Positions 1 to 11,426 of a DNA stretch of 64,000 bases are shown here, in pieces. The position numbers and the translations under genes are program-made. This DNA is from an uncultured Actinomycetes bacterium. Its GTDB lineage: Bacteria > Actinomycetota > UBA4738 > HRBIN12. The notes beneath the pieces were generated by a model. The model worked only from the letters and a program-made list of their open reading frames with translations, was not told the DNA's origin and did not search any database. The stretch covers positions 5,637 through 69,636 of the forward strand of contig CAVUTN010000009.1 in NCBI GenBank assembly GCA_963744515.1, read 5' to 3'. The first letter of the stretch is position 1; each line of letters opens with the position of its first letter.

Positions 1-485
1 CAGTTCCGGGCCAGGGTCGCGGCGGCGAACACGATCAGGGAGAGCTTCGCCAGTTCGGACGGCTGCACCGTGACGGGCCCGAGCCGGAACCAGCGCGAGG
101 AACCGTAGGCCTCGATGCCGTGCGCGGGGATCAGCACCAGGATGAGCAGCGCCATCGTCACGAGCAGGAACGGGCCGGCGAGCCGTTTCCACGCGTCGTA
201 CCGGATCCGAGAGGTCAGGAGCAGCGCGAGGACGCCCACGACCGCGTACGCCGCCTGCCGCTGCACGAACAGGAAGCTGTCGCCGTACTCGGCGAACGCG
301 GTGACCGAGCTCGCCGACAGGACCATCACGAGCCCGCACCCGACGAGGAACGCCGTCGAGCCCAGCAGCAACGCGAGGGTCCGACGCGTTCGAAGGTCGG
401 TCCGCGCCCGGGTGCTCGGGCGTTCGTCCGGCCGGACCAGCCGCAGGGTTCGCGGCCGGGGGGAAGCGGCGCCGACGCTGCTCAC
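1..485 (-). CDS. ftsW: FtsW/RodA family cell division protein (5' part; runs off window start)
   Basis: Minus-strand translation gives GLVMVLSASS...RQAAYAVVG...GSSRWFRLGPVTVQPSELAKL. GTG start overlaps the murD stop; dcw position. Confidence 0.9.
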   Translation of the reverse strand, partial: MSSVGAASPRPRTLRLVRPDERPSTRARTDLRTRRTLALLLGSTAFLVGCGLVMVLSASSVTAFAEYGDSFLFVQRQAAYAVVGVLALLLTSRIRYDAWKRLAGPFLLVTMALLILVLIPAHGIEAYGSSRWFRLGPVTVQPSELAKLSLIVFAAATLARN

Positions 486-1821
486 GTTCGGGCGTCCTGC
501 TTCTCGAGCGCCCGGGCGGCGGCGGCGAAGCGGTCGCCGCGTTCCGCGTAGTCGCGGAACATGTCCCAGCTCGCGCAGGCGGGGGCGAGCAGCACCGTTC
601 CGCCGGCGGAGGCCATCGCGAACGCGAGCCTCGTCGCCTCCTCGATCGATCCGGCGTCCCGAACCTGGACCCGGCCCTCGAACACCGCGCGAACCTCTGC
701 CGCCGAGCTCCCGATCGCGATCACGCCGGCGAGGCGAGGCGCGAGCGACGCGAGCGGGGACAGGTCGATGCCCTTGGCGTCGCCCCCCGCGATCAGGACG
801 ACCCCGTCGGCCTCGCCGACGGCGGCGATCGTCGCGTGCGGGTTCGTCGCCTTGGAGTTGTCGATGAACCGAACCTCGTCGACGGTGGCGACCGACTCGC
901 CCCGGTGAGGTTCCGGGCGCGAACGACCCGATGCCCTCCGCGATCGCGTCGTCGCCGACCCCGAACGCGTGGGCCGCGGTGGCGGCGGCCGCGGCATCGG
1001 CGCGCATCGCCGGCGTGTCGACCGCGAGCGCACCGAGGTCGGCGCCGCTCCACCCCGCGGTCGAGCCGGCCATCGCGGAACCCCGCGCCGTCGTCCGCCG
1101 GCTCGCCGACGGTGAACCACCGCACCTCGCAGGTGGCCGTACGCGAGATCGCGGCGGCGCCCTCGTCGTCCAGGTTCCCGACGTGGACGTCGCCCGCACC
1201 TTGGAGCGCGAAGACCCGCGCCTTGGCCGCCGCGTACGCGTCGAACGACCCGTGCCAGTCGAGGTGGTCCTGCGCGAGGTTGAGCAACACCGAGACCCTC
1301 GGGTGGAACGACGTCTGCGTCGCGAGCTGGAAGGAGGACGCCTCGACGACGAGCGCGTCGTGCGGCTCCCGGGCCGCGGTCGGGAACGGCCGCCCGATGT
1401 TGCCGCAGGCCACGGCGTCGAGGCCGCGCCGCCCGCGAGACACGCGGCGAGCATCCCGGTGGTGGTCGTCTTGCCGTTCGTCCCGGTCACCGCCAGGTAG
1501 GGCGCCCGGGCGAGCCGGGCGCCGAGCTCCATCTCGCCCCACACGGGGAGTCCCCGCGTCGCGGGCCCAGGTCAGGATCTCGGCGCGCGGCGGTACCCCC
1601 GGGCTCGGGACCACCAGCGTCGCACCGTCGAGGTGGTCGGGTGCGTGGCCGCCCTCGAGCACCTCGACCCCCTCGGCGCGGAGCTCCGACAGGCCGGGGC
1701 TCGCGGTGCCGGACTCGCTCACGCGGACGGTCGCGCCCTCCGCGAGCAGGACCCGCGCCGCCGCCGAGCCGGCCACGCCTGCGCCGACCACGACCGCGCG
1801 CTCGCCGTCGAACGCACCCAT
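482..1821 (-). CDS. murD: UDP-N-acetylmuramoyl-L-alanine--D-glutamate ligase (frameshifted in assembly)
   Basis: Motifs GAGVAG, ACGNIG, VEASSFQL, LNLAQDHLDWH, FIDNSKATNPHA and LAPACASWDMF are spread over several frames. Confidence 0.93.
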
Positions 1822-2877
1822 CACTCGAGCCCCAGTCCGCCGCGGCTCACGAAGTCCGTATAGAAGAGTCCGAGACCCACGGCGACGCACAGACCGGTCA
1901 CGATCCAGAACCGCACGATCACCGTGAACTCGGGCCACCCGGCGAGCTCGAAATGGTGATGGATCGGCGACATCCGGAAGATCCGCCGCTTGAACCCGCG
2001 GAACGCGATCACCTGGGCGATCACCGAGGCGGTCTCGATCACGAACAGGCCGCCCAGCACGACGAGCAACAGCTGCGTGCTCGTCACGATCGCGAGCGCG
2101 CCCATCAGCCCGCCGAGGGCCAGCGAACCCGTATCCCCCATGAAGATCCTGGCCGGGGCGGCGTTCCACCACAGGAACCCCGCCGTCGCGCCCACCCCGG
2201 CGCCGGCGACGATCGCGAGGTCGAGCGCGGCGTTCACGTCGATCGGGTAGCAGGCGGCGCTCGGGATCAGCTCGCAGGTGTGCCGGAACTGCCAGAACGC
2301 GATGAAGACGTAGGCCGAGAGCACCAGGATCGACGCGCCGGAGGCGAGCCCGTCGAGCCCGTCGGTCAGGTTCACGGCGTTCGAGGACGCCGCGAGGATC
2401 ACGAACACCCACAGGTAGAACAGGAGCCCGAGCTCGACGCCGGTGACTCGGATGAACGTGAGCTCGGTGGGCACGCCCGGCCGCCCGCACGGCCACCATC
2501 CCGAAGATCAGGGCGACCACGGCCTGCCCCACGATCTTCGCGGTCTTGGACAGGCCGAGCGAACGCCGCCGGCGCACCTTGATGAAGTCGTCGATGAACC
2601 CCAGCAAGCCGAGCAGCACCGTCGCGAGCAGCACCGAGATCCCCGCCGCGGTCACGGTCGTGAACACGACGCGCGTCGCGATGTAGCCCGCGACGATCCC
2701 CGCGATGATCACGGTGCCGCCCATCGTCGGCGTGCCCATCTTCTCCAGGTGGGTGTGCGGGCCGTCCTCCCGGATCCGCTGGCCCCACCCCCACAGACGG
2801 AACAGGCGGATCGCGATCGGCGTGCCGAGCAACGTCACCGACAGGCCCACCGCGGCGGCGATCAGGATCTGCCTCAC
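1821..2877 (-). CDS. mraY: Phospho-N-acetylmuramoyl-pentapeptide transferase (one frameshift ~2480)
   Basis: GQRIREDGPHTHLEKMGTPTMGG, FIDDF, NAVNLTDGLDGLA, FMGDTGSLALG, PIHHHFEL. Confidence 0.95.
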
Positions 2878-2904
2878 GCGGCGCCTCGCGCCGGTCGATC
2901 GCCG

Positions 2905-4270
2905 TCATCGAAGGGCCTCCGCCACGCGTTCGAGACCGGCGACCCGGGACCCCTTCACGAGCACCACGTCGCCGGACCTCGCCCACGCGCGGACATCGGC
3001 CGCGGCCTGCGACGGCTCGTCGTACGACGCGACGTCCTCGGGCAGCTGGCCCTCGCGGACCGCCGCGCGGGCGATCGTCCGAGCCTGTTCCCCGACGGTG
3101 ATCAGCCGCTCGACGCCGATCCGGACGACCAGCTCGCCGAGCCGCTCGTGCTCCTCGAACGAGACCGGCCCGAGCTCGGCCATGTGCCCGAGCACCGCGA
3201 CCAGACGCCCGCCCTTGGCCATCCAGCGCGCGGACTTCAGCGCGGCCGCCATCGACTCGGGGTTCGCGTTGTACGCGTCGTTCACGACCACGATCCCGCG
3301 ACGATCCCGTGAAGGTCTCCATCCGCCAGCGCGCGACGCCCGCGCCCTTGAGCGCCGTCGCGCACTCGGCGAGCGTGATGCCCGCCCATCGGCCGACCGC
3401 GGCGGCGGCGAGGGCGTTCGACACCATGTGCTCGCCCGGGACGGCGAGCTCCACCGGCTCGCGTTCGCCGGCCGAGCTGAGGGTGAAGGTCGCCCGCGCG
3501 TCGGAGCCGAGCTCGACGTCCTCGGCCCGCACGTCGGCGCCGGCGTCCAGGCCGAACGTGATCACGTCCGCCTCGGTGCCTTCGGCGTAGCGCGCGCGCG
3601 ACCGGGTCGTCCGCGTTCACGATCGCCGTGCCGTCGGCGCCGAGCCACCGGACCGGTTCGGCCCCCGCTCGGACGATCGCGTCCCACGACCCGAAGATCC
3701 CCAGGTGCGCCGTCCCGACGTTCGTGACGACGACGGCGTCGGGCCGCGCCACGTCGCAGAGCAACCGGACGTCCCCCTCGCGGCGCGCGCCCATCTCGGC
3801 CACCACGACCTCGACACCGGGTTCGGCGCCGAGCAGCGTCATCGGGAGCCCGACCTCGTTGTTGAACGACGCCGGGCTGGCATGGGTCCGCAGGCGCGTG
3901 CCCACCACCGCGGCGGCGAGATCCTTGGCCGAGGTCTTGCCGTTCGAGCCCGTGATCCCGACGACGCGTGCGCCGGTCATGCGGTCGCGTTCGTCGGCCG
4001 CGAGGTCGAGCAGCGCCCGGCCGGTGGCGGGGACCTCGATCACGGTCCCGTCGACGCCCGGTCGATGCACGAGCGCGGCCACCGCCCCGCGCGCGAACGC
4101 GTCCTCGACGAACGCGTGACCGTCCGCGCGCTCCCCTTCGATCGCGACGAACAGGCCGCCCGGCGCCGACCGCGCGGGAATCCGTCTCCACCGACGACAC
4201 GACGGCGTCCGGTCCGCGCGAGCGTCCCGCGCACGGCGGACGCGATCTGGGAGAGCGGGCGTTCGATCAC
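2905..4270 (-). CDS. murF: UDP-N-acetylmuramoyl-tripeptide--D-alanyl-D-alanine ligase (frameshifted)
   Basis: [40 protein letters not shown]. Confidence 0.93.
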
Positions 4271-5814
4271 GGCGCCGTCCCGAGCGGGCGCGCCTTGCCG
4301 ATCGATCGCAGCTCGTCCGCGGCGACCGCTCGATCGTCGAACGCGATCGTCCGGTCCGCGAGCTCCTGGTAGGTCTCGTGCCCCTTGCCGGCGATCACGA
4401 CGACGTCGCCGGACGACGCCTGTTCGCATCGCGAGCCGGATCGCCGCGCGCCGGTCCGGCTCGACGACGAAGCGGCCTCCCCCTTCGTTGGCGCCCCGCT
4501 CGGCGCCGGGCGTGATCTCGGCGATGATCGCGAGCGGGTCTTCGCTCCGAGGGTTGTCGCTCGTGACGATCGCGAGATCCGCGTTCGCCGTCGCGGCGCG
4601 ACCCATGAGCGGGCGTTTGGCCCGGTCGCGGTCGCCGCCGGCCCCGAGCACCACGATCAACCGGCCCTGCGTGAGCGACCGGGCGGCTCGCAGCACGTTC
4701 TCGACGCTCGTCGGGCGTGTGGGCGTAGTCGACCATCACGAGGAACCCCTGCCCCACCTCGACCGTCTCGACGCGGCCGGGTACCCCACGCACGGACGAG
4801 ATCGCGTCCGCCGCGACGCGGTCGTCGATCCCGAGCGACCGAGCGGTCGCGAACGCGGCCAGCGCGTTCTCGACGTTGAACGACCCGCGCAGCGCCGAGC
4901 GGATCGGCACGCCGTCGGCGAGGAAGGCGATCCCCTCGGCCGTCGAGTCGACCTCGGTGGCGCGCACGTCCGCGTCGGGCGCGACCCCGTACGTGATCGT
5001 CGGCAGGCCGGAGGCGAGCCAGGCTCCGGCCGCGTTCGTCGTCGACGTTCACGACGGCGCGATCGCTCATCGCCGGTGTGAACAGCCGCGACTTGGCGAG
5101 GAAGTACTCCTCCATCGAGGGTGGTAGTCGAGGTGATCCTGCGTGAGGTTGGTGAACACCGCCACCGAGTACCGGATGCCGTCGACACGATGCTGATCCA
5201 GCCCGTGCGAGGAGACCTCCATCGCGACGGCGGTCACGCCCTCGTCGGCCATCTCGGCGACGAGCCGCTGCAGATCGGGCGCCTCGGGTGTCGTCCGCGG
5301 GAACGGCTCGGGCCGGCCGTCGATCCGGATGCCGGTGGTGCCGATGACGCCCGGGGTCCTGCCGTCCGCCCGGAGGATCGCCTCGAGCAGGAACGTGGTC
5401 GTGGTCTTCCCGTTCGTGCCGGTCACGCCGACGACCGTCATCGCGTCCGCCGGCCGCCCGTAGAACGCTGCCGAGATCGGCCCCATCGCCGCGCGAACGT
5501 TCGGAACCTTGATCTGCGGCACGTCCGGGTCCAGCCAGCGGCCCACCACGATCGCCGTCGATCCACGCGAGACCGCGTCGACCCGCGAAGGCATGGCCGT
5601 CGGTCGAGCTCCCGGGGACGCAGAAGAACAGGGCGCCCGGCCGCGCGTCGTCCGAGCGGTAGCAGACGCTCGAGACGAGCACGGCGCCGTCGCCTCGGAG
5701 CTCGGCCTCGGGGAGGTCGCGGACGAGGTCGTGGAGCGTTCGCGAGTGGGGAGGGGCCACGGCTCCTGAGCCTATCGCCTGCGTGGCGGCGCCCTCCCCC
5801 GTGCGGACGCTCAT
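4267..5814 (-). CDS. murE: UDP-N-acetylmuramoyl-dipeptide--diaminopimelate ligase (frameshifted)
   Basis: [53 protein letters not shown]. The DNPR motif suggests meso-DAP specificity. Confidence 0.93.
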
Positions 5815-7526
5815 CCGACCGGCAGTGCGTGCGGAGGCAGGGGGACCTCGTCGGCGGGCGCGATGCCCAGGCGGGCGATGGCCGCGAGCGCGACGCGCTT
5901 GAACAGCGGGGCGGCGGCGAGCCCGCCGTACACGGCCGGCGGGCGATCCAGGATCGCCGCGACGACGACCTTCGGGTCGCCGGCGGGGAGGTAGCCGATG
6001 AACGACGCGATGTACTGGCCCTCGAGGTAACCCGAGCCGTCGCCGGTGGGGATCCGAGCCGTGCCGGTCTTCCCCGCGACCTGGTAGCCGAGGATCTGCG
6101 CGTTCGTCCCGGTGCCGTCCTCGACCGCGTACGCCAGCATCCGCGTGACCATCCTCGCGGTCTCGGCCGAGACGACGCGCCGCGTCGGGGCGGCCGCGTG
6201 CTCGTCGAGGGTGCCTTCGGGGCCGACCGTCCCCCGCACCAACGTGGGCTGGACCCAGCGGCCGTCGTTGGCGATCGTCGAGAACACCGAGACCATCTGG
6301 AGCGGGGTCGCCGCGATGCCCTGGCCGTACGCCATCGTCGCGAGGCTCGTGTCGCTCCACTGGTCGAGCGGGAGCATGATCCCGTTCGACTCCCCCGGGA
6401 ACCCGACACCGGTCGCGTGCCCGAGCCCGAACCGCGTCAGGTACGTCGCGAGTGCCGACGCGCCGAGACGGTCCGCCACCTTGACCGCGCCGATGTTGCT
6501 CGATTCGGCCACGATGTCCCCCAGCGTCATCTGCATGATCCCGTGAGGGTGCGAGTCGTGGATCACGTAGTCGCCGACCGGCATCGTCCACGGGACCGTG
6601 AGCCGCATGCCGAGCGGGATCGCCCGCTCCTGGATCGCCGCGGCGGCGGTGATCACCTTGTTCGTCGATCCGGGTTCGTACGCGTCGGTCACGGCGCGGT
6701 TGCGGAACGTGGAGCTGGGCGAGTCCTCGAACGTGTTCGGGTCGAACCACGGGTAGCTCACCATCGCCAGGATCTCGGCGTTGCTCGGGTCCATCACGAT
6801 CACGGTCCCCCCGCGGGCGCCCTGCTCCGCCACCGCCTGCTCGAGCGCCGCCTGCGCCTGGAACTGGAGGTCGCGGTCGATCGTCGTGACGACGGACGCG
6901 CCCGCGATCGGCGCGCGCTCCTCGTCGAACCCGCCCACGATCGCCTGGCCCGACAGACCGAGCTCGTGCGTCCGCTCCCCCGGCATCCCCGCCAGGACGT
7001 CCTGGTACCCGAGCTCGAGCCCGGTGAGACCGACGCCGTCGGTCCCCACGAACCCGAGCACCTGGGACGCGAGCGGCCCCGCCGGGTACGAGCGCCTCGA
7101 GGTGGGCAGCAGGGCGATGCCGGGCAGGTCGAGCCGCTGGATCCGGTCGGAGGCATCGCGACCCAGCTGTCGGGCGAGGTAGACGAACGTGCCGTCGGAG
7201 GTCATCGCGTGGACGAGATCCGGCACGCCGATGCCGAGCAGCGGCGACAGGCGCGTGGCCGTCCCCCACGGGTCGTCGACGAGCTGGGGATCGGCGTAGA
7301 CGTCGGCGGCCGGCGTCGACAGCGCCAGCCGCGCGCCGTTGCGGTCCAGGATCTGTCCACGCTGCGCCGGCAGGTCGATCGTCTGGACGCGCTGGTCGAA
7401 CGCGCGGTCCTGGAGCTCTTGCGCCTGGCTCACCTGCAGGACCACCAGCCGCACCGAGATCGCCCCGAGGGCGAACGCCATCAGCGCGAACAGCGCGACC
7501 AGCCGTCCCGCGGGCGGGCGGCTCAC
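5811..7526 (-). CDS. ftsI: Class B penicillin-binding protein (septal transpeptidase)
   Basis: N-terminal TM helix, RGQILDRNG, SxxK (STNK), SSN, KTGT; dcw position. Confidence 0.93.
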   Translation of the reverse strand: MSRPPAGRLVALFALMAFALGAISVRLVVLQVSQAQELQDRAFDQRVQTIDLPAQRGQILDRNGARLALSTPAADVYADPQLVDDPWGTATRLSPLLGIGVPDLVHAMTSDGTFVYLARQLGRDASDRIQRLDLPGIALLPTSRRSYPAGPLASQVLGFVGTDGVGLTGLELGYQDVLAGMPGERTHELGLSGQAIVGGFDEERAPIAGASVVTTIDRDLQFQAQAALEQAVAEQGARGGTVIVMDPSNAEILAMVSYPWFDPNTFEDSPSSTFRNRAVTDAYEPGSTNKVITAAAAIQERAIPLGMRLTVPWTMPVGDYVIHDSHPHGIMQMTLGDIVAESSNIGAVKVADRLGASALATYLTRFGLGHATGVGFPGESNGIMLPLDQWSDTSLATMAYGQGIAATPLQMVSVFSTIANDGRWVQPTLVRGTVGPEGTLDEHAAAPTRRVVSAETARMVTRMLAYAVEDGTGTNAQILGYQVAGKTGTARIPTGDGSGYLEGQYIASFIGYLPAGDPKVVVAAILDRPPAVYGGLAAAPLFKRVALAAIARLGIAPADEVPLPPHALPVG

Positions 7527-8065
7527 GTGGGTGGGTCGCCCTTCGCTCCCGAGCCCTCCGTCCCCTGGGGGTTCGTCGTCGTCGAGGATGACGTGTCCGC
7601 TCCGGCCGGCTCCGCCGAGACCGCACCGGACGCGTGGAGGATCCGGATGTCGTCGGGGAGACGCATGCCGTGCCGGCTGGCCCAGGCGGAGATCCGGCCC
7701 GGAGCGGACAGGGTGGCCTGCTCGCGCACCAGATCGAGGTGGTCCTCGGAGAGCTCCTCGAGGTGGCGCTCCGCCTCGTCGATGCGGAACGACGTCTGGG
7801 CGAGCAGGACGTTCACGACCACGATGCCGAAGACCATCGACCCCACAACGGTCGAAGCGAGCAGCACGAACCCGATCGAGCGGCGGCGCCGTGCTGGGCG
7901 GCGAGCCGCCGTGGGCCGCTGCCGTACGGGCGCGACCGGCTGCGTGCGCCGGCGCGCGGGGGCCGGGCGCGCCGAGGGACGCGCCGAGGGACGCGCCGAG
8001 GGACGCGCCGAGGGACGCGAAGGGGTTCGGCGTTCGGGTTCGAGCCGGCGCGCGGGGTGGCTCAC
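7523..8065 (-). CDS. ftsL: FtsL-like cell division protein
   Basis: Basic N-terminal tail, single TM helix, coiled coil ending LSAPGRI..A..GM; lies between rsmH and ftsI. Confidence 0.75.
   Translation of the reverse strand: MSHPARRLEPERRTPSRPSARPSARPSARPSARPAPARRRTQPVAPVRQRPTAARRPARRRRSIGFVLLASTVVGSMVFGIVVVNVLLAQTSFRIDEAERHLEELSEDHLDLVREQATLSAPGRISAWASRHGMRLPDDIRILHASGAVSAEPAGADTSSSTTTNPQGTEGSGAKGDPPT
7968..8015. repeat. 12-bp tandem repeat (CGCGCCGAGGGA x4) encoding (PSAR)n in the FtsL N-terminus
   Basis: Four exact copies read directly in the sequence. Confidence 0.9.
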
Positions 8066-8921
8066 GCGGCACGGCTCCGTTCGGCGGCGCGGAGCTTCGC
8101 GCTGCGCGCTCTCGGGTTGCTCGCGACCTCGGCCGCCGTCGGCGTGAGCGGCTTCTTGGTCAAGGACTTGCAGGTCCTCGGCGCCGATGACGAACCGCTT
8201 GACGATGCGGTCCTCCAGCGAGTGGTACGAGATCACGACCACGCGGCCACCGGGAGCGAGGATCTCCACCGCTCGAGGCAGGGACGCGGTGAGCTCCTCG
8301 AGCTCCCGGTTGACCGCGATGCGGAGCGCCTGGAACGTCCGGCGCGCGGGGTGGGGGCCGCCCCGCCGCGCCCCCAGCGCGCTCGCGACCACACCGGCGA
8401 GCTCGTCGGTGGTCTCGATCGGCGAGCGGGACCTCGCCCGCACGATCGCCGCCGCGACCCGGCGCGAGCGTCGCTCCTCGCCGTACTCGAACACGATCCG
8501 CGCGAGCTCCTCCTCCGAGGCCGTGTTCACGATGTCCATCGCGCGCTCGCCGTCGCGGGCCCATCCGCATGTCGAGCGGCCCGTCCGCGCGGTAGGAGAA
8601 CCCCCGCTCGGGACGGTCGAGCTGCATCGAGCTCACGCCGAGGTCGTACAGGACGCCGTCGACCCGGTTCTCCGCGGGCAGCTGTGAGAACCGGGTCCGC
8701 ACGGCGGTGAAACGCTCGCCGAACCGTTCCAGACGTGCGCCGGCGATCGCGATCGCCTCGGGGTCCCGGTCGACGCCGATCACCCGGGCGACGCCCGCGT
8801 CAAGGAGCGCCTCGGCGTGACCGCCGGCGCCGAGGGTGGCGTCGATCACGGTCGTGGCCTCGCCGAGGAAACGGAGCACCTCGTCCACCATGACCGGTTC
8901 GTGGCCGCCATCCGCCACCAC
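8062..8921 (-). CDS. rsmH: 16S rRNA m4C1402 methyltransferase (frameshifted)
   Basis: [58 protein letters not shown]. Confidence 0.95.
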
Positions 8922-8928
8922 CCCGCAC

Positions 8929-9048
8929 TCATCCCAGCAGGTGGGCCGTGAGCAGCCCGAGACCCAGGAACGTGGCCGCCGTGACGGCGGTCATCACGAT
9001 CAACGACAGGCTCTGGCGGAGCTCACCCCGCAGCGCTTCCTTGCTCAT
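8929..9048 (-). CDS. Small (39 aa) single-TM membrane protein between mraZ and rsmH
   Basis: [39 protein letters not shown]. Purine-rich RBS (GAAGAAGGGG) upstream; fills the intergenic gap. Confidence 0.55.
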   Translation of the reverse strand: MSKEALRGELRQSLSLIVMTAVTAATFLGLGLLTAHLLG

Positions 9049-9061
9049 GGCGACCCCTTCT

Positions 9062-9508
9062 TCATCGCGTGGCCGATCCCTTCGCTCCCGGTGCGAGCGT
9101 TCCCGCTTGGTAGGCGCCTGCATGGGCCGACTCGTACCGCTCGTGCGCGACCCGGTCCCAGATCTCCATCCGATCCGAGACGCCGAGCACGACGGCCTCC
9201 TTGCCGATCCCGGCCTCGAGCCGCAGGCGCTGGGGAACCAGGAGGCGCCCCTGCCCGTCGAGCGTCACCGACTCGGCCTTGCCGAAGAACATCCGTGCGT
9301 ACGCGCGACCCTCGGTGTCGGAGAGGGGGAGGTCGCGGACCTCGGCCGCCCGAGCCGTCCACTCGGCCCTGGGGAAGCAGAAGAGGCACCCGTCCTGCCC
9401 GAGCGTCAGGACGGCCCCGTCGGCGAACGCCTCACGGAACCGACCGGGCAGGCTGATGCGCCCCTTCGGGTCGAGCTGATAGCTGTGCGTGCCGAGCAGT
9501 TCGGCCAC
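9062..9508 (-). CDS. mraZ: Division/cell wall cluster transcriptional repressor MraZ
   Basis: LGTHSYQLDPKGRISLP, DGQGRLLVP, GVSDRMEIWD. Confidence 0.96.
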   Translation of the reverse strand: MAELLGTHSYQLDPKGRISLPGRFREAFADGAVLTLGQDGCLFCFPRAEWTARAAEVRDLPLSDTEGRAYARMFFGKAESVTLDGQGRLLVPQRLRLEAGIGKEAVVLGVSDRMEIWDRVAHERYESAHAGAYQAGTLAPGAKGSATR

Positions 9509-9526
9509 GCGTCCTCCCCTTCTCCT

Positions 9527-9571
9527 CCACTACCGGCCACCTTTATTCCACTGTCACTCCACCAGCGTCAA
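9527..9571 (-). promoter_or_regulatory. mraZ/dcw promoter with four GTGG MraZ-binding repeats
   Basis: CCAC on + at 9527, 9537, 9548 and 9559 (spacing 10-11 bp). TTGACG -35-like hexamer at 9571-9566. Confidence 0.7.
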
Positions 9572-9672
9572 GGGTTCGGCGTGAAATGGGTCAACGACAG
9601 TGGCCATGGGTCAACCACTGAGGCGACGAGATGCTCGAGCGACGCCGGGGGCCGAGATGCGCGTTCAGCGAG

Positions 9673-10153
9673 CTAGAGGAACGGCTCCCACTCGGGTTCC
9701 AGGCGTCCGATCGACAGGCGGAACCCGTCCCTGGGCGGGACCGGCCGGCGCGCGAGGCGGAGGCGGACGTCCTCGATCAGCCGGTTCTCCTTGCGCGAGT
9801 TGCACCGCCGGCAGGCCGCCACCACGTTGTCCCACGAGTGCGCGCCGCCGCGGGATCGGGGCACGACATGGTCCAGGTTCTCGGCGGTCGCCCCGCAGTA
9901 CTGGCAGGTCCACTCGTCGCGCGCGAACACCGCCCGGCGGGTGAGCGGCGCGTGCGAGCGATGAGGGATCTTCACGAAGGCCCGTAGGCGCAGGACCGAG
10001 GGCGCGTCGAGCGTGCAGGTGCTCGGATCGGAAGACCTGTCCGTTGGAGACCAGGACCTCGGCCTTCTCTTTCAGCACCAGGATCACGGCCCGTCTCGCA
10101 GCCACCACCGCGAGTGGCTGGTGCGACGCGTTGAGCACGAGTGCTCGTCCCAC
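9673..10153 (-). CDS. HNH endonuclease family protein (frameshift ~10000)
   Basis: ALVLNASHQPL...RDEWTCQYCG...LDHVVPRSRGG.HSWDNVVAACRRCNSRK. TATACT -10 lies 6 nt before the GTG (leaderless). Confidence 0.88.
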
Positions 10154-10234
10154 GGCGCGAGTATACGGGGCCTCTGGGCGTGCACCGTGCCCGAGATGCT
10201 TGCAACGGCCGAATCCCAGGGTTGTAATCCGCGC

Positions 10235-10328
10235 GGAGGCGGCGGAGGGCCGCGCTCGAAGGACGCCTGGAAGAGCGAACAAGGGGCCGCGCGGGGCGTC
10301 CGGCAGCGAGTGCGCCGCTGCCGCCTCC
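10235..10328 (+). ncRNA. Candidate structured small RNA (nested long hairpin)
   Basis: Three nested stems: GGAGGCGGCGG/CTGCCGCCTCC, CGCGCTCG/CGAGTGCG, GGACGCC/GGCGTCC. Preceded by TTGCAA-17-TGTAAT. Confidence 0.35.
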
Positions 10329-10443
10329 ACCTCGTCTCCGCCTCGACCCGACGCGCTATCCGCCTGGGCAGGATGCCGCAGGAACCCGAGGCCTACCCTT
10401 GACGTACTCCTGAGTAAGATGGTCCGACCGTCGATCCGCGGAG

Positions 10444-11425
10444 GTGCAGTTGGAGGCTCGAGAGCCCACGCTCGATTGGCAGCGATTCGCGGAGGGCTTC
10501 CGCGTCATCGAGCAGAACGTCGAGAAGGTGGTCCAGGGCAAGCAGCCGGAGATCCGGCTGGCGCTCGCCGCGCTCATCGCCGAGGGGCACATCCTGATCG
10601 AGGACGTTCCCGGTGTCGGCAAGACGATGCTGGCCAAGGCGATCGCCCGGTCGATCGACTGCTCGTTCCGCCGGATCCAGTTCACGCCCGACCTGCTGCC
10701 CACCGACGTCACCGGCGTCAACGTCTTCAACCAGGAGCGCGGGGACTTCGAGTTCAAGCCCGGCGCGATCTTCGCGAACATCGTCCTCGGCGGACGAGAT
10801 CAACCGCGCGAGCCCCAAGACCCAGTCCGCGCTCCTCGAGTGCATGGAGGAGCGCCAGATCACGGTCGACACGGAGACCTACCAGCTCGGCACGCCGTTC
10901 ATGGTGATCGCGACGCAGAACCCGATCGAGCACGAGGGGACCTACCCGCTGCCCGAGGCGCAGCTCGACCGCTTCATGATGCGGATCGGGATCGGGTACC
11001 CCTCGAGCGAGGTCGAGGCCGAGATCCTCGCGACGCACGGCGTGCGTTCGACGCTGCCGGACATCGGACCGGTCGCCGACGCCCTGTCCGTGCGCGAGAT
11101 GATCGAGCAGACGCGGCAGGTGCACGTCTCCCCCGCCGTCCGTCGCTACATCGTCGACCTGGTCGAGGGGACGCGCCGTCACCCGGACGTCTACCTGGGC
11201 GCCAGCCCGCGGGCCTCGATCATGCTGCTCCGCGCCTCCCGAGCGCTCGCGGCCGCCGACGAACGCGACTACGTGATCCCCGACGACGTGAAGTCGCTCG
11301 TGACGCCGGTGCTCGCGCACCGCGTGATCGTGACGGCGGACGCCGTCATGGGCGGTCGCAGTGCGCAGGCGGTGCTGCACGATCTCGCCGCCGAAGTGGC
11401 GGTACCCGTCACCGGGAACGCCTGA
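10444..11425 (+). CDS. MoxR family AAA+ ATPase (frameshift ~10790)
   Basis: [44 protein letters not shown]. Confidence 0.93.
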
Positions 11426-11426
11426 C

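Noticed and set aside
7968-8015. CRISPR-like repeat
   Set aside because: 12-bp tandem units without spacers, inside a CDS; no cas genes.
10235-10331. tRNA (e.g. tRNA-Sec), suggested by GGAGGCGG...CCGCCTCCACC ends
   Set aside because: No T-loop (TTCGA), D arm or anticodon arm; kept only as an unclassified RNA candidate.
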